64,000 bases of DNA from an uncultured bacterium (GCA_963845185.1 CAWJRG010000009.1:224001-288000); one strand, 5' to 3'; shown: positions 31,082 through 41,190, numbered from the stretch's first letter. A program made the numbers and translations. The notes: a model not told the origin generated them from the letters alone.

Positions 31082-32086
31082 ATGTATATATTGGGCATTG
31101 AGACTTCCTGCGACGAAACGTCGGCGGCAATTATTAAAGACGGCAAGATAATTTCAAACATTATTTTTTCGCAGATAGATACGCACAAAATTTTCGGGGG
31201 CGTGGTGCCTGAATTAGCTGCAAGGGAACATTTGAGCAAATTACCTGCAGTGATAGACGGGGCATTAAAAAAAGCCAAAATTAAAATGAAAGATATTGGA
31301 TCAATAGCCGTTACATACGGCCCGGGCCTTGCAGGTTCTCTCATAGTGGGGCTGTCATACGCAAAGGCGCTTGCTTATTCTTTGAAAATCAATTATATAG
31401 GAGTCAACCACCTCGAAGCACATTTACTGAGCCCGTTCCTGGAATATGATGATTTTGATTTCCCGTTTATCGGCATGGTTGTCTCAGGCGGGCATACCAA
31501 TATTTATGTAGCAAAAGCACTGGGAGAGTATGAATTAATAGGCAGCACAAGGGACGATGCGGCTGGCGAGGCTTTTGACAAGGTGGCAAAAATGCTAGGG
31601 CTTGAATACCCGGGCGGCCCGTCGATAAGCAAGGCAGCCCTGCGCGGCAATGCGGAAAAAATTGTCTTTCCGCAGGCATTCATGAAAGATAAAAGTTTTG
31701 ATTTTTCGTTTTCTGGCGTAAAAACATCGGTTTTATATTACATTGACAGAAACAGGGAAAAGATAAAAAAAGGAGAAATTACGGCCAATGATATAGCCGC
31801 GGCTTTTCAAAAAGCCGTTGTAAGGACGCTTGTGAATAAAATAAAAAGGGTTTATAAAATTTACAGGATGAATAAAATAGCGCTGACAGGCGGCGTTGCG
31901 GCAAATAAATTTTTAAAAGATGAAATCAATAATTTCGTAAAAGACAGGGATGTGAAGGTATATATTCCATCACCGGTTTTATGCACGGATAACGCGGCTA
32001 TGGTCGGGTATACAGGGTACCTTTATTTAAGATTAAAAAAGAAATCAGGGTTTGACCTGGAAGCAGAGCCCGGCCTGAAAATATAA
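31082..32086 (+). CDS. tsaD: tRNA threonylcarbamoyltransferase
   Basis: GIETSCDET, GGVVPE, NHLEAH, DDAAGEAFDK and CTDNAAM; ATG at 31082. Confidence 0.96.
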   Translation: MYILGIETSCDETSAAIIKDGKIISNIIFSQIDTHKIFGGVVPELAAREHLSKLPAVIDGALKKAKIKMKDIGSIAVTYGPGLAGSLIVGLSYAKALAYSLKINYIGVNHLEAHLLSPFLEYDDFDFPFIGMVVSGGHTNIYVAKALGEYELIGSTRDDAAGEAFDKVAKMLGLEYPGGPSISKAALRGNAEKIVFPQAFMKDKSFDFSFSGVKTSVLYYIDRNREKIKKGEITANDIAAAFQKAVVRTLVNKIKRVYKIYRMNKIALTGGVAANKFLKDEINNFVKDRDVKVYIPSPVLCTDNAAMVGYTGYLYLRLKKKSGFDLEAEPGLKI

Positions 32087-32116
32087 TACTAGGTTATTGT
32101 AAAGAGGGAGGAAAAT

Positions 32117-32587
32117 ATGAACTATATTGAGATTACGGTAAAGCTTTTGATTATCATGGTTTTAAGTGCACTGATTGGGTTTGACAGAGAAATGAGGCAT
32201 AAGCCTGCAGGTATAAAGACACACATACTTGTAGGCATGGGTTCAGCTGTTTTTATGATGGTTTCAATCTATATGTATCAGGCGTTTGCAGGAAAAGTCC
32301 AGGTGGACCCGGGCAGGATCGCTGCGCAGGTTGTTACAGGCATAGGATTCCTGGGTGCAGGTACTATAATCCAGTCACAGGGGTCTGTGCTTGGATTGAC
32401 AACAGCGGCCAGCCTGTGGACGGTTTCCGGTATCGGCTTAGCCGTGGGCTGCGGAATGTATTATCTTGCAATTATTTCAACAGTGATTGTCATGATAGTT
32501 TTTCTTGTGACCAACAGGCTTGCCTATTTTTTTGGACAGGAAGTTAACAAGGTACAGGAAGTAATAAAAAAAAGAAAGCGGAAATAA
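32117..32587 (+). CDS. MgtC/SapB family membrane protein
   Basis: AGIKTH and DPGRIAAQVVTGIGFLGAG motifs. Confidence 0.93.
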   Translation: MNYIEITVKLLIIMVLSALIGFDREMRHKPAGIKTHILVGMGSAVFMMVSIYMYQAFAGKVQVDPGRIAAQVVTGIGFLGAGTIIQSQGSVLGLTTAASLWTVSGIGLAVGCGMYYLAIISTVIVMIVFLVTNRLAYFFGQEVNKVQEVIKKRKRK

Positions 32588-32765
32588 ATTAATTGCGTTC
32601 CGGATAGGGAGCATATTACTGCGTATCCGGCAGAGACTTTACTTGATTAAGTGGAAAAATTTTGATAATATAATCTCAGTTAAAATTAAAAGTACTTAGG
32701 AAACAGTTTCTGTTAACTAAGTAACAATTCTAAAATATACTTATAAAAAATGAGCGAGGTGTAAA

Positions 32766-33572
32766 ATGAAAAAATCATCCGTTTTTATACTGGGTATAAC
32801 GACATTCTTTTTATCAATTGCAATATTTTGCATGCCGAAAAATATAAATGCATACGCGCCTAATGGTCCGGCTTTGACTCCGGTTCCGCAGGAAACTTTT
32901 GTTTCTAATGGTTCGACTTCGATTCCGGCTCTAATGGAAACTGCCGTACCTAATAGTACGACTTTGACTCCGGCTCCACAAGAGACTACTGCAGCTAATG
33001 GTTCGACTTTGACCGCCGCTAGCGTCAACCAAGTGGCAGTACCCGCCTTGAGTTTTGGCATGCTTTACGACGAATACGGGGTGGTTGATATAAAAGATTC
33101 TGCGACTCCTTCACAAATGACATCATATGAAGAACCTGGTATTCAATGGTTTACCGGCCTTTTGGGGGATTTTCAAGGCGGTTTGGATGTGTACGGGATA
33201 TTCATTGATGCTTCGCTACTGAAAGACACAGCAGAAAGCCATGTAGTTTGGGAAGACGATGTAATAAGCTTTGGCGGGAAAATTATTTTACGCTACTTTC
33301 CTGAAAACCCGACATTTGGCATCGGCGATAATATGAAAGTAAGATGCACAGCTTCGCTCCAAGCAGGCTGCGGGTGGTGGAACGTAATGCCAAATGTGGC
33401 AAACCCGATTGTTACAGCGACAGCCGGTTGTTTGTTCTCTTTGGGCACCAACAAGCCTACAGGGATATTGTTCGAGGCGTTTGCAACATATTTAAATTTT
33501 TCAAGGCAGCAGTTTCCTGTAGCGGATGAAACATTTGGAATCGGCCTCGGGTTTTTGTTTCCGACCTATTAG
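32766..33572 (+). CDS. Hypothetical exported protein with N-terminal 15-aa repeats and a barrel-like C-terminal part
   Basis: Signal peptide; NG.TLTP.PQET repeats; ends FGIGLGFLFPTY. Confidence 0.65.
   Translation: MKKSSVFILGITTFFLSIAIFCMPKNINAYAPNGPALTPVPQETFVSNGSTSIPALMETAVPNSTTLTPAPQETTAANGSTLTAASVNQVAVPALSFGMLYDEYGVVDIKDSATPSQMTSYEEPGIQWFTGLLGDFQGGLDVYGIFIDASLLKDTAESHVVWEDDVISFGGKIILRYFPENPTFGIGDNMKVRCTASLQAGCGWWNVMPNVANPIVTATAGCLFSLGTNKPTGILFEAFATYLNFSRQQFPVADETFGIGLGFLFPTY
32861..33015 (+). repeat. 45-bp intragenic tandem repeat, about 3.4 copies
   Basis: Units start at 32861, 32906, 32951 and 32996 (taatggt.cgactttgactccgg...). Confidence 0.85.
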
Positions 33573-33750
33573 TTAACTCCGTATTTAAGCAATTTTATTT
33601 TTGATTTTTTAATGAACGCAATTAATTGCAATATACCTCAATTAGTTAATATGAAATTAATTCCGCTTCGCAAAATTCCTAGCTGTCATTATGGTGGGGT
33701 TCCACACAAGTGAAGTGTGAAAAGACAAACATGTTTTGGGTGATTGACTT

Positions 33751-34731
33751 ATGACAACAAATACTTCAGATAATAATATAATAGAAAAAATACAAAAATT
33801 TCCTTTTATATTGGCTCCGCTTGCAGGATACAGCGATTATCCTTTCAGGATTTTATGTAAAGAGTATGGAGCGTCTTTGCTTTTTACGGAGATGATAAAT
33901 GTTCATTCACTTGTAAACCCTAAAGTAAGGAAAAAAATTAATAAATTTTTATATTATACGCCTGAAGAAAGGCCCATTGGAATCCAGCTTTTTGGGAATA
34001 ATCCGGATATGTTTTTTGAAGCTGCAAAAATCTCAAAAGACCTCGGCTATGATGTTATAGATATTAACTTTGGCTGCCCTGTGAGGAAAGTGGTGCATTC
34101 AAAAAGCGGTGCGTACCTTATGACAGAACCTTTGCTTGCGGGACAGATAATAAGTAAAACAGTCGAGGCGGCAGGCGATATGCCTGTTAGCATAAAAATA
34201 AGGAGTGGATGGGATGAAAACTCCATTAACTACCTTGAGTTCAACAGGATAGCCGAAGGCAATGGAGTTAAAATAATAACACTTCATTCACGTACAAGAG
34301 CCCAGGGTTTTTCGGGGGTTGCAAACCGGCAGCATATAGCCGAGTTAAAGAGAAATTCAAGTCTTTTTGTAATAGGGAACGGAGATGTTATTGACGCTGA
34401 AAGCGCCGGCAGAATGCAAAAAGAAACAGGCTGCGATGCAGTAATGATAGGCAGGGGAGCCATAGGCAATCCGTTTATTTTTAAGGCTATCAAAGACAAA
34501 GATTTTTCACCGCAGCTTCAGGATAGGATAAAGATATCTTTAAAACACTTTGATTTAATGATAGAATTCGAAGGTAAAAAAGCGGTTTTTAAGATGAGAA
34601 AATTTTTTACCAAATACATAAAGGATTTTGACGACGCGGCAAGGATAAGGAGAGAATTATTTACCATGGAGGATATAGATAAAATAAGGGAATATTTAAA
34701 CAATTTAAAGTTGCAGGTCAGCAAGGCATGA
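33751..34731 (+). CDS. dusB: tRNA-dihydrouridine synthase
   Basis: LAPLAG, DINFGCP, KIRSGWD, GNGDV and MIGRGA motifs. Confidence 0.9.
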   Translation: MTTNTSDNNIIEKIQKFPFILAPLAGYSDYPFRILCKEYGASLLFTEMINVHSLVNPKVRKKINKFLYYTPEERPIGIQLFGNNPDMFFEAAKISKDLGYDVIDINFGCPVRKVVHSKSGAYLMTEPLLAGQIISKTVEAAGDMPVSIKIRSGWDENSINYLEFNRIAEGNGVKIITLHSRTRAQGFSGVANRQHIAELKRNSSLFVIGNGDVIDAESAGRMQKETGCDAVMIGRGAIGNPFIFKAIKDKDFSPQLQDRIKISLKHFDLMIEFEGKKAVFKMRKFFTKYIKDFDDAARIRRELFTMEDIDKIREYLNNLKLQVSKA

Positions 34732-34743
34732 AGGAGTCATAAA

Positions 34744-34840
34744 TACCATTTGTCTTCGGCCTAACGGCCTTGGACTGGAGCGGATACAAGATAGCGTTTA
34801 TTTTGTCAAGCCTAAGGCGATGACAAAATATTGTGCTATC
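34744..34840. repeat. Dispersed two-hairpin repeat, copy 2
   Basis: Homologous to 11860-11957; second stem tattttgtca/tgacaaaata closed by gatagc/gctatc. Confidence 0.7.
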
Positions 34841-34867
34841 TTAGAAAATAGAGGTCGGGATAAGTTA

Positions 34868-36646
34868 ATGAAGTATTATACCGGGAATGAGTATCTTTCA
34901 CTTTTAAAAATAAAAGAGGATATGAGCATAAACGGCTTGAGCGCAATGAGCATGGATTTGAAAGGCAATCTTTTTATTGACTGTAATATGAAATTGAGGA
35001 TATTTATTGACGAAGAGGAGGTTGATTTAAGTAAAGCCGTTTTTGAACTAATAGATTACTGGATACCTTTTGCGAAAATAACCCATAAAGATATTGAATT
35101 GTCACTTACAATAATTGCTCCTAAAGAAACGAGGGGTTTTATTTATAACCTTCAAATAAACAACAAATCTACAAAAAACGTTACTGTAAGACTGGAGAAC
35201 GAATATTTAATAAACGATATGTCGATAGATATTAACGCATCGTATAAACTGAATGCTGAAAGAATAATTTATTACCATGATTGGTTTAACGGAGTAATTT
35301 TCAGTATAAGAAGCTATAAAAATATTTTTGCGCTGGCGTTTTTGGCAGATGAAAAATACAATTATGCGATAAAGGAAGACAAAACAAAGATAAATTTTGT
35401 AAATAACTTATCGGTCGGGGAAAACGAAAATAGAAGCTTCAACTATTATATAGGCGCTGGGCTCGAGGATGTTTCAGCTTTATATTCAAGCATTTATCTT
35501 AAAAGGCTGGGATTCACAAGCATGTTTGAATCGCTTAAGAAATGGCTTGAAAACAAGATCTGCAAGCTTAAAGATAAATACATGGAAAAAATATGCAACA
35601 TCAATTCTTTTTTTAATTATTTTTATGCTTTTGGCAGGGCTATTGATACAGAAATGCTTATTGCCTTGACTTCGCGGAGCCCGGAATATTATGTAAGCGG
35701 GGCGTACTGGGACAGGGACAGCCTGTTATGGAGTTTTCCCAACGTGCTTGCGATGGGCGAGATGCAAAGGGCAAGGGAAATACTTGAATATGTGTTTAAG
35801 ATACAGTCGAAAAATTCCGGAATCCATTCCAGGTTTATAAACGGCACAGTCCTGGAGCCCGGCTTTGAGCTGGATGAACTATGTGCGCCTTTTATAGCTC
35901 TTGAAAACTATGTAAAAGCAAGCGGAGACAGAAAATTTCTGCGTGAAGAATATGTGCATAATAAACTTCTTTCAACCGAAGAGGTATTTGAAAAATGGAA
36001 ACACGAAAACAGTTATTTGTATAAGACGGAGCTAAGGCCAAGCGACGACCCGGCCGATTACGAATATAATACCTACGACAATGTGCTTGTGTGGAAAGCG
36101 TTTGACTCGTTGCATTTTTTGCTTTCAGCCATCGGCAAAAAGGGGATTGCAAGACATTATTTAAACATGTCGAGGAAAGTTAAAACTGCAATCAAGAGGC
36201 ATGCGTTCATCAAAAAAGAAAAACTTATAGCATATGAATTTGACATGAAAGGGAACTACAGGTTTTATGAAGAACCGGCAGGGAGCCTGAGACTGCTTGC
36301 GTTTTACGGATTCATAGACGACGACATTAAAGAGTATTATGAAAACACCCTTAAATGGTCGTATTCCGGAAAGAACGAGAATTTTTTTGAAAAAACTTTT
36401 ATTAAAGAATCAGGAAGCTTTCACGCAAAGCATCCATGGACGCTTGCGGCTGCTAATTCCATGCTCACGCCTGGTTTTGAGAAATTCGGCGAAGAATTTT
36501 TTAAAAACAGTATCATGGATGATTATATTGCGTCTGAAAGCGTTGATGAAAATACAGGTATGGCAGCGACAGGAGCGGCATTTGCCACTTGCGCGGGTTT
36601 TGTAGCTTTTGCTATAAGCAACTATTACCGGAAAAACAGTAGTTAA
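34868..36646 (+). CDS. Six-hairpin glycoside hydrolase, GH125-like
   Basis: WDRDS, FELDELC and RPSDD motifs; ATG at 34868 preferred because the track start 34820 lies inside the repeat hairpin. Confidence 0.7.
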   Translation: MKYYTGNEYLSLLKIKEDMSINGLSAMSMDLKGNLFIDCNMKLRIFIDEEEVDLSKAVFELIDYWIPFAKITHKDIELSLTIIAPKETRGFIYNLQINNKSTKNVTVRLENEYLINDMSIDINASYKLNAERIIYYHDWFNGVIFSIRSYKNIFALAFLADEKYNYAIKEDKTKINFVNNLSVGENENRSFNYYIGAGLEDVSALYSSIYLKRLGFTSMFESLKKWLENKICKLKDKYMEKICNINSFFNYFYAFGRAIDTEMLIALTSRSPEYYVSGAYWDRDSLLWSFPNVLAMGEMQRAREILEYVFKIQSKNSGIHSRFINGTVLEPGFELDELCAPFIALENYVKASGDRKFLREEYVHNKLLSTEEVFEKWKHENSYLYKTELRPSDDPADYEYNTYDNVLVWKAFDSLHFLLSAIGKKGIARHYLNMSRKVKTAIKRHAFIKKEKLIAYEFDMKGNYRFYEEPAGSLRLLAFYGFIDDDIKEYYENTLKWSYSGKNENFFEKTFIKESGSFHAKHPWTLAAANSMLTPGFEKFGEEFFKNSIMDDYIASESVDENTGMAATGAAFATCAGFVAFAISNYYRKNSS

Positions 36647-36654
36647 ATTATCTT

Positions 36655-36683
36655 TTGACTATAATCACGATACATATTATAAT
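36655..36683 (+). promoter_or_regulatory. Sigma70-type promoter of murA
   Basis: TTGACT-17 nt-TATAAT. Confidence 0.7.
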
Positions 36684-36807
36684 GGTTTTAAATTACTTTT
36701 AATCCCGCTTCGCGGAAATCCACGCAGGTAGAGGCGCGGATTGATTACACTCCGGGAGGGAGCATATTATTACATATTCAAAAGATGCTCCACAGTAAAG
36801 GAACGCA

Positions 36808-38073
36808 ATGCAAAAAATTGTTATAAGAGGCGGCAAAAGTTTAAAAGGTACGGTAAAAATTTCGGGCTCAAAAAACGCAACACTGCCCATAATGGCCGCC
36901 ACTATTTTATCGGATGATACTTCGACGGTAAAAAATGTTCCGATGGTAGCCGACATTAAAACAATGGCGAAATTACTGCATGTGCTTGGAGCAAAGACTG
37001 AAATTATTGACTATACACTTAATATATCGCCAGGATCAATTAATAATTATGAAGCTCCTTATGAGCTTGTTAAGACAATGAGGGCGTCGATTTATGTACT
37101 CGGGCCACTGCTCGCAAAATACAAAGAAGCAAAGGTTTCTTTGCCGGGCGGATGCGCTATTGGACAAAGGCCCATCAATCTTCATATAATGGGAATGCAA
37201 AAACTAGGCGCTAAAATAGAGGTTAAACACGGTTATGTCGTGGCAAAGGCAAAAAAATTAACAGGAACACGTATTGTTTTTGACAAGGTGAGCCTGGGGG
37301 CTACGGTTAACGTGATGCTTGCTTCAACCATGGCGGAAGGGGAAACAATAATTGAAAACGCCTCAAAGGAGCCTGAGGTTATTGACACAATTAATTTTTT
37401 AAATGCAATGGGAGCTAGAATTGAAGGGGCTGGTACCGATATACTGAAAATAACAGGTGTAAAAAAATTAAATGGCGTTAAAAATTATTCGGTTATACCA
37501 GACAGGATTGAGGCGGCGACTTTAATTACTGCGGCGGCCATTACAAACGGAAAAGTCACTGTTGAAAATTTTAATCCGGGGCAACTGGCTATTTTTTTTG
37601 AAAAACTTAAGGAAACAGGAGTTAATTTTTCAGTTAAAGACAACAGTGTCCAAATATTGCCGCATAAAGGCGGGCTTAAAAGCGTTGATATAATAACAGA
37701 GCCATACCCGGGGTTTCCAACGAATATCCAGGCGCAATGGATGGCTCTTATGTGCTGTGCACAGGGTCAAACAATAATAAAAGAAACGATATGGGAAAAT
37801 AGATTTATGCATGTGTTTGAGCTCGTGCGTATGGGAGCAAATATAAAAATTGACGGCAATACAGCGTTTGTGAGAGGCATCAAAAAAATGACAGGCGCAA
37901 ACGTCATGGCTTCGGATCTGCGCGCCAGTGCGGCTTTGATAATAGCGGCTCTCGCAGCTGATGGTTACAGCGAAATAAACAGGGTTTATCACCTTGACCG
38001 CGGTTACGAGGCTATGGATGAAAAGTTAAAAAAATTAGGAGCCGACATAAAAAGAGAAAGCGGTGGGATGTAA
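36808..38073 (+). CDS. murA: UDP-N-acetylglucosamine 1-carboxyvinyltransferase
   Basis: SGSKNA, LPGGCAIGQRP, PDRIE, RFMH and DLRA motifs. Confidence 0.97.
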   Translation: MQKIVIRGGKSLKGTVKISGSKNATLPIMAATILSDDTSTVKNVPMVADIKTMAKLLHVLGAKTEIIDYTLNISPGSINNYEAPYELVKTMRASIYVLGPLLAKYKEAKVSLPGGCAIGQRPINLHIMGMQKLGAKIEVKHGYVVAKAKKLTGTRIVFDKVSLGATVNVMLASTMAEGETIIENASKEPEVIDTINFLNAMGARIEGAGTDILKITGVKKLNGVKNYSVIPDRIEAATLITAAAITNGKVTVENFNPGQLAIFFEKLKETGVNFSVKDNSVQILPHKGGLKSVDIITEPYPGFPTNIQAQWMALMCCAQGQTIIKETIWENRFMHVFELVRMGANIKIDGNTAFVRGIKKMTGANVMASDLRASAALIIAALAADGYSEINRVYHLDRGYEAMDEKLKKLGADIKRESGGM

Positions 38074-39311
38074 TGCAATTGCCAATTTTATACTCTATTT
38101 GCGTGATTTTTGTTCTTGTATTTTCAACGGTTGTTTCCGTTATTTTTTTCCTTCTTGTTAAAGTTAATATTATTCTTACTTTTGCACTGGTACTGATAGG
38201 AAGTTCGGGCGTTTCTTTTGTAATAATATTTCTTTTTAGAAAATACTTTGAAAATGTCTTAAACACTGTTAATAAGGCTTTAAAAAACGAATTAAAGGAC
38301 ATGACTGTTTTGGAAGATGACAAATTATTTTTGGAAATCACAGAAACAATTAAAATGGAAAGGAAGAGACTATCAGCAAATATAACTTTAGAGACGAAAG
38401 ATTTTTTTGGATTTGCAAACGATTTGAAAGAAGTTAAAACCACATTTGACAGTGAGAGAGAAAACAACGACAGGATTCAAAAAGAAATCAGGGATATAAA
38501 AGAATACCTTTATGGCAATACGAAAATATTCGACAAAATAAAAGCTATAGGCATGGAAATAAAAAACACCTCGCAAAATATAGACAAAGAGACTCAGGAT
38601 GTGTTAAAAGACGCTAAAGAACAGACAGCCATGGCTTCATCGGGAGTAAAAACAATCGGTGATGAAATTAAAAATATTAATGAATTAAAAACTTCAATTA
38701 TGTCCTCGACCAAACTTATTGAAGAACTTATTGATATGTCCAAAAGAATAAAAAATTTTGTTGTAACAATTGCCGACATGACAAAAAAAACAAATCTGCT
38801 AGCGCTTAATGCAGGTATTGAGGCTGCACGTGCAGGAGAAGCGGGGAAAAGTTTTTCTGTAGTTGCCGAACAAATAAAAGTCCTGGCCGCAAATTCCAAT
38901 ATGGCAGCAGAAGAAATTACTCAAATACTTCAAAATATTCAGGTAAGAACCGCTGAGGTTATTGAGATAATAAAAATAACAGAAAAACTCGAAGCAAATA
39001 TTGCGACATTTTATAAAACAGGCGATATGTTTATTCAAATCGTAAAAGATGTAAAACACATTGAGAAAATTATAAATAATATATCGCTTTATACGGATGA
39101 ACATTTTACGGACAGTGAGCTTCTTTTTAAAATAATTAACGACACCTCGATGAATATAATGGATTATTTAAAGCTTGTAGACAAGATGAATCTTGATATA
39201 GAAGAAGTTATGAGGAATAATTTTAATATTTACAGCAAAATTGAAAAAACTATAGCTACTTTTGATAAAACTCTTAAGGAAAAAATGATTACAGAGAGAG
39301 GCATGATTTAA
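38073..39311 (+). CDS. Methyl-accepting chemotaxis protein
   Basis: TNLLALNAGIEAARAGEAGKSFSVVAEQIKVLA signalling tip; two adjacent N-terminal TM helices. Confidence 0.9.
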   Translation: MQLPILYSICVIFVLVFSTVVSVIFFLLVKVNIILTFALVLIGSSGVSFVIIFLFRKYFENVLNTVNKALKNELKDMTVLEDDKLFLEITETIKMERKRLSANITLETKDFFGFANDLKEVKTTFDSERENNDRIQKEIRDIKEYLYGNTKIFDKIKAIGMEIKNTSQNIDKETQDVLKDAKEQTAMASSGVKTIGDEIKNINELKTSIMSSTKLIEELIDMSKRIKNFVVTIADMTKKTNLLALNAGIEAARAGEAGKSFSVVAEQIKVLAANSNMAAEEITQILQNIQVRTAEVIEIIKITEKLEANIATFYKTGDMFIQIVKDVKHIEKIINNISLYTDEHFTDSELLFKIINDTSMNIMDYLKLVDKMNLDIEEVMRNNFNIYSKIEKTIATFDKTLKEKMITERGMI

Positions 39312-39683
39312 ATGGATTATGAAAAAAAAATCACAGAAGCAGAACTTCAGATGGAGCGGTTAAGACGGTTAAAGGAAGAGAAGGAGTCAAATATAAAAAA
39401 AACTAATGAAGAAAAATTTATGACTACTAAGGTAGTTAAACAGGATTTAAAAAAGACACAAGAGCCGAAAAAATTTAAAATTGAAAAACGTGTTTTTGAT
39501 AAAATATATAAAATAGTAAAAAATATTAATAAAACGGGTAAAGGCGCAGGACTGCATATAAGTATGGATAAATTTGTCAATTTAATATTAAAGCGTGTAT
39601 TGGATTTAGACCTTGATTATAAAATGGCGATTGACAGAGATAAACTTGAACAGTTATTAGTCAAATTAAAAAAAGAGGAATAG
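39312..39683 (+). CDS. Hypothetical protein, coiled coil plus possible ribbon-helix-helix domain
   Basis: Abuts the MCP stop; KKFKIEKRVFDKI...ISMDKFVNLIL strand-helix-helix pattern. Confidence 0.55.
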   Translation: MDYEKKITEAELQMERLRRLKEEKESNIKKTNEEKFMTTKVVKQDLKKTQEPKKFKIEKRVFDKIYKIVKNINKTGKGAGLHISMDKFVNLILKRVLDLDLDYKMAIDRDKLEQLLVKLKKEE

Positions 39684-39684
39684 T

Positions 39685-40059
39685 ATGGCATACGCCATTG
39701 AAGAATTATTGATTAAAAAAGGGAAAATTATAGCCACAATGTATAAATTAACCATAAAGCAAAATTATTGCTTGAAAAAAGGGGATACACGGAAAGTGTT
39801 ATTATATGACAAGAGAAAAACAGACTTGCTTAAGTTACTTGCGACAATTGAAGACAGACTTTTAAATAGTTCAAGTAAAAATCAAAGTCACTTAGAAAAT
39901 GCCGAAAATATAGTTAAAAATATAAATTTATTATTTAATGATTTAATAAAGGCAGAAAAAGAAAATGAAATATTAGTATCTCAGTATATAGATATGTATT
40001 CAGGCAGACATATTGATGAATACAAAAAAATTAACAGACAAGGAACAACTTGGAAATAG
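39685..40059 (+). CDS. Hypothetical helical protein, FlgN/FliT-like
   Basis: 124 aa amphipathic helices (Q..L..GD...K..LL..L..IE...E.EN) next to the flagellar cluster. Confidence 0.5.
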   Translation: MAYAIEELLIKKGKIIATMYKLTIKQNYCLKKGDTRKVLLYDKRKTDLLKLLATIEDRLLNSSSKNQSHLENAENIVKNINLLFNDLIKAEKENEILVSQYIDMYSGRHIDEYKKINRQGTTWK

Positions 40060-40174
40060 TAAATAAAAATAGCGAATTAAAGGCATTTAAATTAAATTTA
40101 TTTTTTGTTTAATGTTTCGATTAAATATAAAACAGAGTTTCAATAGTGATAATAAAAATATAATAAAAAATTTC

Positions 40175-40203
40175 TTGACAAAAAATATAAAATTAAGTAA
40201 TAT
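40175..40203 (+). promoter_or_regulatory. Sigma70-type promoter of the flgB operon
   Basis: TTGACA-17 nt-TAATAT in an AT-rich spacer. Confidence 0.55.
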
Positions 40204-40272
40204 AAAAACACTCTATTCTTTTGTAAATTTTTTACAGTAGAGAAATTTTTGAAAAAGAGGATATAATAATTT

Positions 40273-40692
40273 ATGATAGATGCTATTTTTTCAAGTGACA
40301 CGATGCAGATATTACAGAAATCTTTAAATGCCGCTAGCCTGCAGCATCAATTAATAACAAACAATATCGCAAATGTTGACACTCCGGGATTTAAGGCTTC
40401 CGAAGTTGTTTTTCAGAGCAAACTTCAGCAGGCGCTTGATAAAACACAAAATGATTATTTAAGATTAAAACTTACTAATAAGAACCATATACCAATAGTT
40501 CCGGAAATGACGATTAATAATGTAGAACCTGAAATAGTTACGCGTACCGAAACATCTTTAAGGACGGATGATAATAACGTGGATATTGATTCGGAAATGT
40601 CAAAGATGGCTGAGAATACCGTATATTATTCTACCGTAGCTGAATTAATGTCTTTGAAACTTGGAATGCTGAAGAACGTTATAACTACTTGA
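40273..40692 (+). CDS. flgB: Flagellar basal-body rod protein FlgB
   Basis: NNIANVDTPGFK and DDNNVDID motifs. Confidence 0.95.
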   Translation: MIDAIFSSDTMQILQKSLNAASLQHQLITNNIANVDTPGFKASEVVFQSKLQQALDKTQNDYLRLKLTNKNHIPIVPEMTINNVEPEIVTRTETSLRTDDNNVDIDSEMSKMAENTVYYSTVAELMSLKLGMLKNVITT

Positions 40693-40707
40693 AAGGAGAC
40701 TTAATTT

Positions 40708-41157
40708 ATGGGAATGTTTAATTCGTTTGATATAAGTGCATCAGGATTAACCGCACAAAGATTAAGAATGGATGTTATTTCAAATAACATAGCTAATGTT
40801 AATACAACAAGGACACCTGAAGGTGGTCCATATGTGAGACAAAGGGTTATATTTGAACCGAGGGGTGAAAAATTACAATTTTTGACTCCGTTTGCATTTG
40901 AACAGAATAAAAGAATAAACCAGTTTCAGGGGGTTAAGGTTACGTCAGTGACCACGGATCCAACACCGCCTAGATTAGTTTATGACCCTGGAAATCCCGA
41001 CGCTAATAAAGACGGTTATGTTGCAATGCCTAATGTAAACATAGTTAAGGAAATGATAGATATGATTTCAGCTACTCGCGCATATGAAGCAAACGTAACT
41101 GCGATTGATTCGGCAAAAACAATGGCCTCTAAAGCGCTCGATATAGGAAAAGTATAA
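40708..41157 (+). CDS. flgC: Flagellar basal-body rod protein FlgC
   Basis: SASGLTAQRLRMDVISNNIAN and YDPGNPDA...PNVN. Confidence 0.96.
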   Translation: MGMFNSFDISASGLTAQRLRMDVISNNIANVNTTRTPEGGPYVRQRVIFEPRGEKLQFLTPFAFEQNKRINQFQGVKVTSVTTDPTPPRLVYDPGNPDANKDGYVAMPNVNIVKEMIDMISATRAYEANVTAIDSAKTMASKALDIGKV

Positions 41158-41190
41158 AAATAGGAAAATAGTTTAAGGAGGAGATTATAT

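Noticed and set aside
33572..33751. Possible tRNA in the spacer before dusB
   Set aside because: No cloverleaf, T-loop or acceptor stem can be built
36727..36800. Lysine riboswitch suggested by GGTAGAGGCGCG
   Set aside because: Only about 80 nt remain before murA, too short for the aptamer, and the other conserved elements are not visible
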